From NCBI GenBank assembly GCA_964230645.1, contig CAXRHT010000002.1:1760001-1824000 (forward strand): a DNA stretch of 64,000 bases. The letters run 5' to 3'. Source of the stretch: Bdellovibrionales bacterium. Lineage in GTDB: Bacteria; Bdellovibrionota; Bdellovibrionia; Bdellovibrionales; JAGQZY01. The notes beneath the pieces are model-generated. The model ran no database searches. It had not been told where the DNA came from and saw only the letters and a program-made list of their open reading frames with translations. The position numbers and the translations under genes were made by a program. Positions 20,330 through 29,868 of this stretch are shown here, in pieces. The stretch's first letter is position 1. Every line of letters begins with the position of its first letter.

Positions 20330-21289
20330 ATGAACTCAAGAAGCTTTCCGATTCACTACTGTATTAAAAGAATCCTTTATGTCATCCCGATTCTCTTTGG
20401 TGTGACACTTATTACTTTTATTATCTTTAACGTCGCTGGAGGCGATCCGGCCTTTGAGCAAGCAGGCCGCAATGCCACTCAAGAACAGATTGAGTCCATT
20501 CGAAAAGAGCTTGGACTTGATCGTCCCCTAGTTTGGCAGTACTTGCATTTTGTAAAACAAACATTGAGTTTTTCTTGGGGCAATAGTTGGTCCACAAGCC
20601 AAAACATCAATCAAATGTTTTTAAAAGGTGTTGGCCCCTCTCTTTGCCTCACTCTACCCTCTTTTATCATCAGTATCGGTCTCTCCATTCTATTGGCGCT
20701 TTACACCACTTTTATGGGCTCAAGAAAACCTATTGTCGATCAGAGTATAAGCTCGCTTTGCCTCGCACTCATGAGTGTCAGTTTCCTCGTTTATATTATT
20801 TGTTTTCAGTACTTTTTTGCCTACTACTTAGGACTTTTTGAAATCAATGGCTGGAGCTTTGATTGGACGGAACGTTGGAGCTATTTGATATTGCCTTGGA
20901 TCATCTCTATTTTTGTAACTCTTGGTCCCAATATTTTGATTTTTCGCTCCGCCTTTTTAAATGAGGTTAACCAAGACTATGTGCGCACAGCAAGGAGCAA
21001 AGGGGTTTCACAGTTTCATGTCTATTTCCGTCACATCCTACAAAATTCCCTTGTACCCATTATTACCATCGTCATGTTGCAAGTGCCCTATCTACTCACA
21101 GGCTCTCTGCTCCTAGAAGCCTTTTTTGGAATCCCTGGCCTGGGAGGAGTTTTAATTCAAGCCATTCAGAATGCTGACTTTCCTGTGGTGAAAGCTTTCA
21201 CAGTGATGGGCTCTTTGGCTTATATTTTCATTAATCTTTTTACTGATCTTCTCTACATCGTGGCCGATCCAAGGATTGAACTCAAATGA
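20330..21289 (+). CDS. Peptide ABC transporter permease (OppB/DppB type)
   Basis: LGLDRP, DYVRTARSKG, FGIPGLG. Confidence 0.93.
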   Translation: MNSRSFPIHYCIKRILYVIPILFGVTLITFIIFNVAGGDPAFEQAGRNATQEQIESIRKELGLDRPLVWQYLHFVKQTLSFSWGNSWSTSQNINQMFLKGVGPSLCLTLPSFIISIGLSILLALYTTFMGSRKPIVDQSISSLCLALMSVSFLVYIICFQYFFAYYLGLFEINGWSFDWTERWSYLILPWIISIFVTLGPNILIFRSAFLNEVNQDYVRTARSKGVSQFHVYFRHILQNSLVPIITIVMLQVPYLLTGSLLLEAFFGIPGLGGVLIQAIQNADFPVVKAFTVMGSLAYIFINLFTDLLYIVADPRIELK

Positions 21290-22146
21290 TCAGCGCTCAC
21301 CGATTAAAAAACGACCTATTAAAATCACCACCCGCTCTAATCAGCCTAGTGCTCCTCATTGTTTACATAGTGATTGTGGTCCTTACCGCCTTTGGTGTTG
21401 TCGCCACCGACTTTGCTACCACTCAAATGGAAAACTCCTATGCCCCACCAAGCCTCCATCATTTTTTTGGAACGGACTTTTTTGGCCGTGATGTATTGGA
21501 CCGCGCTATGCAAGGGACAAAGATTGCGTTTTTAGTGGGCTTCTTCTCAGCGAGTATTGCTACTCTCATAGGGGTTTCTCTCGGAGCCTTGGGAGGTTAT
21601 TTTGGTGGATGGGTGGATGATTTCGTGGTGTGGCTTTATACCACCCTTGAATCCATACCGTATATTTTACTTATCTCAGCTTTCGCTTTTGCCTTAGGAC
21701 AAGGGCTGACCAACCTTTATATCGCTCTGGGGCTTACGGGTTGGGTGAAACTCTGCCGACTGATTCGCTCGGAATTTTTAAAGCAAAAGAACCTTGATTA
21801 CGTCCAAGCTGCTCAAGCCATGGGTGTGGGTCATTTTTCAAAAATGTTTCGTCACATATTCCCCAATGTAGCACACTTAGCTTTGATTCAATTTACTCTC
21901 TCTTTTGTTTTTGCCATCAAAGCCGAAGTTATTTTGAGCTTTCTTGGCCTAGGTGTGGAGCCTGGAACTCCCTCTTGGGGAATGATGATCAGTGATGCTC
22001 GCGTAGAACTCACCCGTGGCGTATGGTGGAACCTCCTGGGAGCGACCACGTTTATGTTCTTTCTTATTTTGTCGGTGAACCTATTGACCGACCATCTCCG
22101 CTCAAGTCTTGATCCTCAATCGAAATCCACTAATATGAATCTATGA
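21286..22146 (+). CDS. Peptide ABC transporter permease (OppC/DppC type)
   Basis: FGTDFFGRDV, YVQAAQAMG, LSFLGLG, PSWGMMI. Confidence 0.93.
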   Translation: MISAHRLKNDLLKSPPALISLVLLIVYIVIVVLTAFGVVATDFATTQMENSYAPPSLHHFFGTDFFGRDVLDRAMQGTKIAFLVGFFSASIATLIGVSLGALGGYFGGWVDDFVVWLYTTLESIPYILLISAFAFALGQGLTNLYIALGLTGWVKLCRLIRSEFLKQKNLDYVQAAQAMGVGHFSKMFRHIFPNVAHLALIQFTLSFVFAIKAEVILSFLGLGVEPGTPSWGMMISDARVELTRGVWWNLLGATTFMFFLILSVNLLTDHLRSSLDPQSKSTNMNL

Positions 22147-24209
22147 GTAAAAAAATTTGCGGACTTCTTTTGAGTCTTTGGGTGGCAAACCTTTGCGCCT
22201 GCTATCCGAGTGATTCCGGGCCTTCACTTTCTGCAGTGAAAAGTCCCTATTTTGCCATGAGTGAGAATGATTCCATAAGTTGGCAGAGTTGGAATTCTGA
22301 GACCCTTAAAAAAGCCGAGTCACAAAATAGATTGATCTATCTAAGTATCGGCTATGCCACCTGCTTTGCCTGTGAAAAAATGCAAAAAGAAAACTATGAC
22401 GATAAGAATTTGGCAAAACTTTTAAACCAAAATTTTGTTCCCATAAAGGTGGACCGAGAGGAACGCCCGGATCTTGATAGTCATTTCCTCAATATGCAAT
22501 CTCTCATGCTGGGATTTGGAGCCTGGCCCATCATTTTGATCCTCACACCGGATCTAAAACCTCTTTTTTCTTTTTCCTATGTGAAAAACGAAAAGCTTAA
22601 AGCCATTTTAAATGAGGCCCATAAAACTTGGGAGGAAAAACCCCAAGAAGTTTTAAAAAAGGGGCAAGAGTTTCTCGACAAAATAAAACCCGCTCCAAAT
22701 GTTTCCGAAGATTTTATTAAAACCAAACAATTAATTTCTGATTTTTATGCGCGCTACACCCACCGCTTTGACACTCTCTACGGGGGTAAAGCCACTGGCA
22801 ATAATTTTAATACAAAATTCCCTGTTAGTGACGAGATGAGACTCTTACTAAGACATCACCAAAGAGAGGAGATCCCACAAGCCCGCAAGATGGTGGAGAA
22901 AACCCTAAGCACAGTGGCTAAAAGTGCGCTTTTTGACCATGTGGGTGGAGGCTTCCATCGATATTCCATGTCAAGAGACTGGAACACTCCTAACTTTGAA
23001 AAAACTCTGATCGACCAAGCCGCACACATAAGAGCCTTCACTGACTTGGCTCGATTTAATGACAATGATCTTTACCGCCTTACATTACAAAAGATTGTGC
23101 GTTTTCTCATTAACGATATTAAGGATTCCTTAGGGGGCTTTTACTCCTCTATTGGTGGAAGCCTTAATTTCAAAGAAGGCCTTTTTTACACCTGGACAAT
23201 CGAAGAGCTCAACGAGGCTCTTGTTAAAAAGAAGCTAATAACTTTTCATGAAACCTATCAATTAGGCCCCCCACTTAGACATCTTGAAAAAAGGCGCACT
23301 CTAAAAAGAAAATCAGGGTTCGATCGTCCCAAGCTTAAGAAAGTCGATAAAATCTTATCAGAACATCGTAAGCAAAGAGGCTACCCGACTATCGATAAGA
23401 AAGTGGTCACAGCCTACAATGCTCTCCTGCTTTCCGCTCTTTCAAGAGTGGCGAGATTGTGGAATTCCGATTTTTTAAAAAAAGAAGTCAACGAGCAGAT
23501 GGATTATCTTCTTTTGCAGCATCGCTCTATCCGTGGCGATATTTATCGCAGCAGTTTCCATGGTAGTGTTCAAGGCAAAGCTTCTCTTGATGACTACGCT
23601 TTTTTAATTGATGCACTTATTGAAAACTATCAAACCAATTTTGATGAAGAAGATCTTTTGCTAGCCCTTGAACTTCAAAAGACCCAAGACGAACTATTCT
23701 TTAATTCTCGGCGTTCTCTTTATCGCTTCAACCAAGAAAGTCGAATTGAACCCCTTTACCTTTTTCGGGATGATCAAAAGCCCAGTGGGCAAGCCATGAG
23801 CTTTTATAATCTTATTAGGCTCTCTTATTATTTTAATCTTCCAAACTATCGTAATAAAGCCAAAGACATCATGGACGCTTATCCCGAAATTCTACAAACC
23901 GATCCCATCTCCTACGCCTTTTTACTCCTGTCTTTTGATTTTCTTCTCTCTAACCCCAAAACCCTCATTATTGTTGGCGAATTAGCTGTTTGCCAGTCGA
24001 AGGCCTCCGAATTTTTCAACAATTATGATTACGAGTTCCTCTTTGCCTGCAGAGCCAAAGAAAGCCGCCTCCCCCTTCTCAAAGGAAAAAAAGCCTCAAC
24101 TGAGAAAGCTTTGACTTTTTACCTCTGCGATAAAGATATGTGTTCCCCAGCATTGACATCTGAGGGTGAAGTTTTTAAACACCTGGAACAATTGTCTTCA
24201 AAACATTAA
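22143..24209 (+). CDS. DUF255/YyaL (SSP411-like) thioredoxin-domain protein with lipoprotein signal
   Basis: SIGYATCFACEKM, IKVDREERPDLD, DHVGGGFHRYS, LDDYAF; N-terminal LCAC lipobox. Confidence 0.9.
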   Translation: MSKKICGLLLSLWVANLCACYPSDSGPSLSAVKSPYFAMSENDSISWQSWNSETLKKAESQNRLIYLSIGYATCFACEKMQKENYDDKNLAKLLNQNFVPIKVDREERPDLDSHFLNMQSLMLGFGAWPIILILTPDLKPLFSFSYVKNEKLKAILNEAHKTWEEKPQEVLKKGQEFLDKIKPAPNVSEDFIKTKQLISDFYARYTHRFDTLYGGKATGNNFNTKFPVSDEMRLLLRHHQREEIPQARKMVEKTLSTVAKSALFDHVGGGFHRYSMSRDWNTPNFEKTLIDQAAHIRAFTDLARFNDNDLYRLTLQKIVRFLINDIKDSLGGFYSSIGGSLNFKEGLFYTWTIEELNEALVKKKLITFHETYQLGPPLRHLEKRRTLKRKSGFDRPKLKKVDKILSEHRKQRGYPTIDKKVVTAYNALLLSALSRVARLWNSDFLKKEVNEQMDYLLLQHRSIRGDIYRSSFHGSVQGKASLDDYAFLIDALIENYQTNFDEEDLLLALELQKTQDELFFNSRRSLYRFNQESRIEPLYLFRDDQKPSGQAMSFYNLIRLSYYFNLPNYRNKAKDIMDAYPEILQTDPISYAFLLLSFDFLLSNPKTLIIVGELAVCQSKASEFFNNYDYEFLFACRAKESRLPLLKGKKASTEKALTFYLCDKDMCSPALTSEGEVFKHLEQLSSKH

Positions 24210-24246
24210 CACCTCATAGAGAGGCCCATACCCCAAAGGAGAAATC

Positions 24247-25620
24247 TTGATCTTCCTGTTTGTTAGCCTCTATTTACTAATTCAGCTTGGGATCTCTGTG
24301 ATCGTCTCCAAGTTTATTAAATCAGAGTCTGACTTTTTTCTTGCGGGAAGAAAACTGCCCCTTTGGCTTCTTTCCTTTTCTCTTTTTGCTACTTGGTTTG
24401 GTGCGGAGACCACAATAGGAACTTCCGGAGCGGTTTTTAGTGAAGGTCTTGCCGGAAGCCGAGCGGACCCTTTTGGCTACTCTTTGTGTTTATTTCTTAT
24501 GGGCTTATTTTTAGCCACCAAATTATGGGAAGGCGGCTACACCACCCTTGCCGATTTTTACAAAGATCGTTTTAATTCCTCGGTTGAAAAGTTTGCCGTC
24601 ATTATAATTGTTCCCTCTACTCTTTTATGGGGAGCGGCCCAAATGAGAGCTTTTGGACAAATTGTCTCCTCTATGACCGACTGGAATCTGAATCAGACTC
24701 TCTACATCGCTTTCGGATTTGTAACAGTTTATACGCTTCTGGGTGGGCTTCTGGGCGATATTATCACCGACCTTATTCAAGGAATTATGATTGCCATCGG
24801 CCTTGTGCTGATTCTTGTGTTTATTGGCCTCAGTGATTTTGATTTTGTAGTTTGGTGGCAGGAGTTACCAACCGAGCGCCTCAGTTTTCAAAAGCAAGAC
24901 GAGAGCTTTTGGGAAAGGCTTGATCGGTGGTCGATTCCCATCCTTGGCTCTCTGATCACTCAGGAGTTGATCTCGCGTGTTCTTGCAGCGAAGTCTCAAA
25001 AAACGGCCAGAAGATCCGCATACACCTCAGGCCTTATTTATCTTTTCTTTGGAAGTATTCCTGTGATCTTAGGACTGATTGGTCCAAGCCTTATTTCAGA
25101 CCTTAATCATAAAGAAGATTTTATTATCCAAATTGCTAAAACTTATCTTCCTACTTTTGCCTACGTATTATTTTCAGGAGCCTTGATTTCAGCGATTCTA
25201 GCCACCATCGATAGTATTTTGTTAAGTGTTTCTGCTCTCATCTCGCATAACGTTCTCGTTCCGGTTTTCAAGGTGAAAGAAGAATCAAAAAAACTTCTTC
25301 TTGCTCGCGTGATGATTATTGTCTCAGCCCTCATTTCAATGACTCTGGCTTTTTCTTCGGAGTCTATTTATCAACTTGTGGAAGTAGCCTCCGCCTTTGG
25401 AACAGCCGGAATTTTAGTCGTGACCCTTATTGGTCTTCATACAAAATTTGGTCAGCAAGCTTCCGCTTATCTTGCCTTAAGTGTTGGTATGATTGCGACA
25501 CCTCTTGCTGAGTATGTTTTTCACTTACAAGCGCCTTTTTTGTTTTCTATCTTTGCAAGCCTTGTCTTTTATTTAGTCGGAACTTTGTTTCCTAATAGAC
25601 TTGCAATTTCAAGGGATTGA
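24247..25620 (+). CDS. Sodium:solute symporter family protein
   Basis: FFLAGR, ATWFGAET, TDLIQG, multiple TM helices. Confidence 0.92.
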   Translation: MIFLFVSLYLLIQLGISVIVSKFIKSESDFFLAGRKLPLWLLSFSLFATWFGAETTIGTSGAVFSEGLAGSRADPFGYSLCLFLMGLFLATKLWEGGYTTLADFYKDRFNSSVEKFAVIIIVPSTLLWGAAQMRAFGQIVSSMTDWNLNQTLYIAFGFVTVYTLLGGLLGDIITDLIQGIMIAIGLVLILVFIGLSDFDFVVWWQELPTERLSFQKQDESFWERLDRWSIPILGSLITQELISRVLAAKSQKTARRSAYTSGLIYLFFGSIPVILGLIGPSLISDLNHKEDFIIQIAKTYLPTFAYVLFSGALISAILATIDSILLSVSALISHNVLVPVFKVKEESKKLLLARVMIIVSALISMTLAFSSESIYQLVEVASAFGTAGILVVTLIGLHTKFGQQASAYLALSVGMIATPLAEYVFHLQAPFLFSIFASLVFYLVGTLFPNRLAISRD

Positions 25621-25804
25621 ATAAGACAAAAAAAATAGCCAATCGTCTTCTCTATTTGAAGACTGACTGAATGGCTCTTAGCCCCTTCTAGACGGGCGTC
25701 TACCTCGACTTACTTTGTCGTTTTTTAAACAATACCTCCATACATTTAAGACCCTCAACGGGGACACTTTTGCTACTTTTAAAAGTGCCACAAAGGAGGC
25801 TGTC

Positions 25805-25939
25805 ATGGACGAATACTCACTCAATGTAGAAGATTTGGGTAACCACCATCGGGCCCAAGAGAACGCAGATTTTTGGCATTACATGAATGGTGAAGAAAGT
25901 TTAAGTGAACTGGATATTTTTGATTTTGAAATTCTTTAG
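25805..25939 (+). CDS. Small acidic hypothetical protein (44 aa)
   Basis: AAGGAGG SD 5 nt before ATG 25805; occupies otherwise intergenic space. Confidence 0.55.
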   Translation: MDEYSLNVEDLGNHHRAQENADFWHYMNGEESLSELDIFDFEIL

Positions 25940-25967
25940 AATGATCAATCCGGATTCTTTTAAAACT

Positions 25968-26477
25968 TTAAGATCCACTCAATTTAAGAAGGGTGTCGAT
26001 GGACTTTTTCATCTCGTCGATGTTAAAGGGTTTTTTAATATAATCATCGGCACCAACTTCAAAACCTCTTTTCACATCCAGCTCACTGGTTTTTGCAGAA
26101 ACAAAGACCAAAGGAATTTCTTTTAAGTCCTTATGTTCTTTAAGAAGTTTTGCTAACTCAAATCCATTAATCCATGGAAGTCCAATATCAAGAATAATTA
26201 AATCAATGGGCTCATCATCAAGAACTGAGGATAATTGTGTTCCGTCAGCGGCCGCTCGAACTGTGTGTCCGTCCGCCTCAAATATTCTTGATAAAGCTCT
26301 ACGCATCGTTTCGTCATCTTCGATAACAAGAATGGTTTTGGGATTTTTAGTTGATTTCAAATCTCGGTACTGGCCGAGATCGACCACATTCTCTTTGACG
26401 ATGCGGTCGCGGGTGATTTTCTCGATTTTTTTAACTAGATCTTCCGTATTGATCTTTTTTGCCACCAATGCCTCCAA
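25968..26477 (-). CDS. Single-domain response regulator with N-terminal extension
   Basis: ILVIEDD, LIILDIGLP, GADDYIKKPF. Confidence 0.92.
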   Translation of the reverse strand: MEALVAKKINTEDLVKKIEKITRDRIVKENVVDLGQYRDLKSTKNPKTILVIEDDETMRRALSRIFEADGHTVRAAADGTQLSSVLDDEPIDLIILDIGLPWINGFELAKLLKEHKDLKEIPLVFVSAKTSELDVKRGFEVGADDYIKKPFNIDEMKKSIDTLLKLSGS

Positions 26478-26490
26478 ATTTTATTGGGCC

Positions 26491-27420
26491 TCAGTGGTTA
26501 TTTTCCTCTAACCAGCGCTCACAATCAATAGCTGCCATACATCCTGTACCTGCGGCCGTAATTGCTTGACGATATTTGTCGTCAGCTACGTCTCCTGCGG
26601 CGAAGACACCTTCGACGGAAGTCTTGGCACTGTGAGGAACTGTCTCAATATAACCCACCTCATTGGTTTTGAGCTTATCTTGGAACAGATCTGTGTTGGG
26701 TTTATGACCAATGGCTATAAAGACTCCTTCACACTTCACGTCCTGGACCTCGCCGGTCTCAGTGTTCTTGATTTTAGCGGATTCCACTAGATTTTCGCCC
26801 ACAACCTCTTGAAGCTCGGAGTTCCACATCACTTCGATTTTCTCGTGATTCAGGGCTTTATCGGCCATGATCTTACTGGCTCGGAATTCATCGCGACGGT
26901 GAACGATAATAACTTTTTTAGCAAAACGAGTGAGAAATGTGGCCTCTTCCATTGCGGTATCCCCACCACCAATCACGATGACGGTTTGATCTTTAAAGAA
27001 AGCGCCATCACAAGTGGCACAAGCCGAAACACCACGACCAAGAAGACGTTTTTCTGATTCAAGGCCTAGATACTTCGCACTGGCTCCGGTAGATATGATG
27101 ATCGATTTTGTTTGATACTCCTCTTCCCCAATCCACAGTTTAAAAGGTCTTTGGGTGAGATCCACTTTCGTGACATTCTTAGAAATAAAACGAGTTCCAA
27201 ATCTCTCGGCTTGTTTTTTAGTCACCTGCATAAGGTCAGGCCCCATAATCCCTTCGGGAAAGCCTGGAAAGTTTTCAACGTCAGTGGTGGTCATTAACTG
27301 TCCACCCACTTCTTCGCCTTCAATCATAAGGGGCTCTAATAGAGCGCGCGAGGCGTAAATGGCGGCTGTTAATCCGGCCGGTCCTGATCCAACAATAATC
27401 ACGTTTTCAACTTTACTCAT
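26491..27420 (-). CDS. trxB: Thioredoxin-disulfide reductase
   Basis: GSGPAG, CATCDG, GGGDTAMEEA, YRQAITAAG. Confidence 0.97.
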   Translation of the reverse strand: MSKVENVIIVGSGPAGLTAAIYASRALLEPLMIEGEEVGGQLMTTTDVENFPGFPEGIMGPDLMQVTKKQAERFGTRFISKNVTKVDLTQRPFKLWIGEEEYQTKSIIISTGASAKYLGLESEKRLLGRGVSACATCDGAFFKDQTVIVIGGGDTAMEEATFLTRFAKKVIIVHRRDEFRASKIMADKALNHEKIEVMWNSELQEVVGENLVESAKIKNTETGEVQDVKCEGVFIAIGHKPNTDLFQDKLKTNEVGYIETVPHSAKTSVEGVFAAGDVADDKYRQAITAAGTGCMAAIDCERWLEENNH

Positions 27421-27528
27421 AAGAGTCTCCTCAGGTTCTTTGGGTGGAATTTTCCCTTTTAATAGGAACTCTTCCTACCACAAAAGCCCCCAGTGCTCAC
27501 TTAAGTGCCCGATTTCGGAAATGATGTG

Positions 27529-28203
27529 TCAGACGTTGAGCTCAAAGATTTTAGGCCCTGAGAGATCCTCGGCCCAATCAAAGAACACTTTCGCTGCATC
27601 CTCAGGCTTCACGATACTCTCCCCTTGCACTCGTGGTTTGGCATTTTTAGGAAGCATGGAAGTGTCCATATAGCCCGGGCGAAAGAGCCTCAAATCAAGA
27701 GGGTGCTTTTCAGCAATGGTGGATTCCACGGCTCCCTTGAGTCCATGTTTGGCCCCGGCGTAACTGGCTGAAAAGGGGTCGGCTTGAGAATCGGCTAACT
27801 GAGAACCAATACAGATGAACTGTTTCACTGAGCTTAACTCTCGTTGGGAAAGACAAGCATGGATGAGCTTCAGGGGACTCAAGAAACTCACATTGATTCC
27901 CCACATATGGTCTTTCCAAGCCTTTTCACTAAAGAGACCAAATGGGCCCCCTCCTGCAAAATAAAAAATGCGGCGAACTTCCTTTTCTTTTAACTCTTTT
28001 ATCAAAGGCTCAAGCTGGTCTGTTTTGGAAAGATCAAACGGAAACACCTCTGAGGGCCTTGAGATCTGAGAGGAAAGCTCCTCCATCTGCGTTTTCGCCC
28101 TTGAGACTAATAGGAATGAGGCTTCAGAACTTCTGAGGTCAAAGCACTCAACGGCCGCTCGGCCTAACCCTCTGGAGCTTCCTAAAAAAGCGATTGTTTC
28201 CAT
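27529..28203 (-). CDS. Short-chain dehydrogenase/reductase
   Basis: GSSRGLG, YAGAK (YxxxK), PGYMDT. Confidence 0.85.
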   Translation of the reverse strand: METIAFLGSSRGLGRAAVECFDLRSSEASFLLVSRAKTQMEELSSQISRPSEVFPFDLSKTDQLEPLIKELKEKEVRRIFYFAGGGPFGLFSEKAWKDHMWGINVSFLSPLKLIHACLSQRELSSVKQFICIGSQLADSQADPFSASYAGAKHGLKGAVESTIAEKHPLDLRLFRPGYMDTSMLPKNAKPRVQGESIVKPEDAAKVFFDWAEDLSGPKIFELNV

Positions 28204-28248
28204 AAGGCGAAATAGATAACATAGGTCGCGAAAAAGGTCCCTAAGAAA

Positions 28249-28533
28249 ATGGCCAAGATAAATTGTCCACAACTCAACCGCGTCTTTGATTACGATCCGA
28301 AACTTTCGGTCATGGACAACCTTTTGAAAAAGGGCATTCCAGTTGCCAGCAGTTGTGGTGGCGACGGTATCTGTGGAAAATGCCGCATGAAAGTTTTCAC
28401 CCCCGATGAGCTTCCCGCCGCTTCTGAATTAGAAAAGAATACATTGAAGAAAAACAATGCCGAAGCGGGTGAACGCTTGAGTTGCCAGCTCTTTGTAAAA
28501 GGCAATGTGATGTTAGAGACCACTTATTGGTAG
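28249..28533 (+). CDS. 2Fe-2S ferredoxin
   Basis: CGGDGICGKC...RLSCQ. Confidence 0.92.
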   Translation: MAKINCPQLNRVFDYDPKLSVMDNLLKKGIPVASSCGGDGICGKCRMKVFTPDELPAASELEKNTLKKNNAEAGERLSCQLFVKGNVMLETTYW

Positions 28534-28589
28534 TTGAAGACTTGCTTTTCCAGAAGAGACTGCTAGTCTTTTCTGTCACTGGAGTCGCC

Positions 28590-29030
28590 ATGAAAATCTT
28601 ATTATTAATTTTTGTTTTTCATTTTTCTTCCACGAGCTTAAAAGCACAACTGCTCGATCAAGGTGGATACTATCAAACCGGTGAGTTTTTCCAAAAATAC
28701 GAGAAGTTAAAAAAGAAAGCTCTCAAAGAAAAAAAGCCCATCGTTTTATTGGCGGGATTTAAAGGGTGTACCGGATGTGAGGTTTTGAAAGAGCGAATGG
28801 ACAAGAACAAAAAGTCCTATGATGCTGTCGCATTTTATATGCCCATTTCGATTTTAAGTGGTGATAGTCGTTTCTTTTATACAACATTGGGCATCAAAGA
28901 AATTTCTTCGGCTCCCCAGTCTTTTGTTATTGATCCTATCAAAGGAAAAGCCAAGAAATTAGATGGTACTTATCCTGAAAATATCAAGAAGTTAGCTCAG
29001 AATATTAATTGGTCTCAAAAAAATAAATGA
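28590..29030 (+). CDS. Exported thioredoxin-fold protein
   Basis: Signal peptide, KPIVLL...GCTGC, cis-Pro-like APQSFVID. Confidence 0.7.
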   Translation: MKILLLIFVFHFSSTSLKAQLLDQGGYYQTGEFFQKYEKLKKKALKEKKPIVLLAGFKGCTGCEVLKERMDKNKKSYDAVAFYMPISILSGDSRFFYTTLGIKEISSAPQSFVIDPIKGKAKKLDGTYPENIKKLAQNINWSQKNK

Positions 29031-29162
29031 AAGACGCAATCCTCTTATAGGTTTGCTTGAGCACTCTTTAATTTTATTAAGAAGTTCTTCCAAAAAAATG
29101 CACCACGGGCGTCTATGTGAGGTCCTCTTCATTTTTTTATGGGAACTCAAAGTTCGAAAAAA

Positions 29163-29831
29163 TTAAAATTTAGGTTTTCCTAAGACACAAATATAAATTG
29201 GCTGACCTTTATTTAGAAACAGCGACTCAAAGTGAGTGACAAAATTTTGCTTTTGACGTGAAGACTTATGGAGGTCTTCGGAATAAAAAGAAATCGTGAA
29301 AGGGCTTTTGCGAAAGTATTGAACAGCCCATCTAAAATAGGGATAGTCATCTGTTTTGAACTCTACAAAAGAGCCCGGCTTCATCACAGAGTACATATCT
29401 AAAAGAAATTGAGTCTGAATCAATCGATTTTTGTGGTGCCTTGGCTTTGGCCACGGATCGGGGAAATGAATATACACATTATTGATCTCCTCGGGAGCGA
29501 AGAGCTCTGTGATTTTTTCTGCTCGAATACGGGCCATGCGTGCATTACGACAGCCCGCTCTTAGAGAACGCCTAATCGATTGCACCAGGGTTTTAAATTT
29601 TAATTCCAAACCGATAAATTTTCTTTCGGGATGAGATTCGGTGAGTTGGGCAAAATGAGTTCCATTGCCGGTGCCAATTTCTAAATCAATGGGTACTTCG
29701 GGACCACATTCAAAAACTTCTTCACGCCACTTTCCCTTATTCTCAACGGCTTGCTTATCAAAGGACCAATCTTTGAATTCAGTGTACATCAACTCAACAT
29801 AGGGATTCGTTTCACATGACTTGTTTTCCAT
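29163..29831 (-). CDS. trmB: tRNA (guanine-N7)-methyltransferase
   Basis: LEIGTGNG, FPDPWPK, HHKNRL, FKTD. Confidence 0.95.
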   Translation of the reverse strand: MENKSCETNPYVELMYTEFKDWSFDKQAVENKGKWREEVFECGPEVPIDLEIGTGNGTHFAQLTESHPERKFIGLELKFKTLVQSIRRSLRAGCRNARMARIRAEKITELFAPEEINNVYIHFPDPWPKPRHHKNRLIQTQFLLDMYSVMKPGSFVEFKTDDYPYFRWAVQYFRKSPFTISFYSEDLHKSSRQKQNFVTHFESLFLNKGQPIYICVLGKPKF

Positions 29832-29868
29832 TGACAGTTCTCTAACAAAGGCTTTTGATACAGGCAAT

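Noticed and set aside
25759..25774. Sigma54 promoter for the microprotein
   Set aside because: GG-N10-GC spacing is present but the -24 box (CGGGGAC) matches TGGCAC poorly
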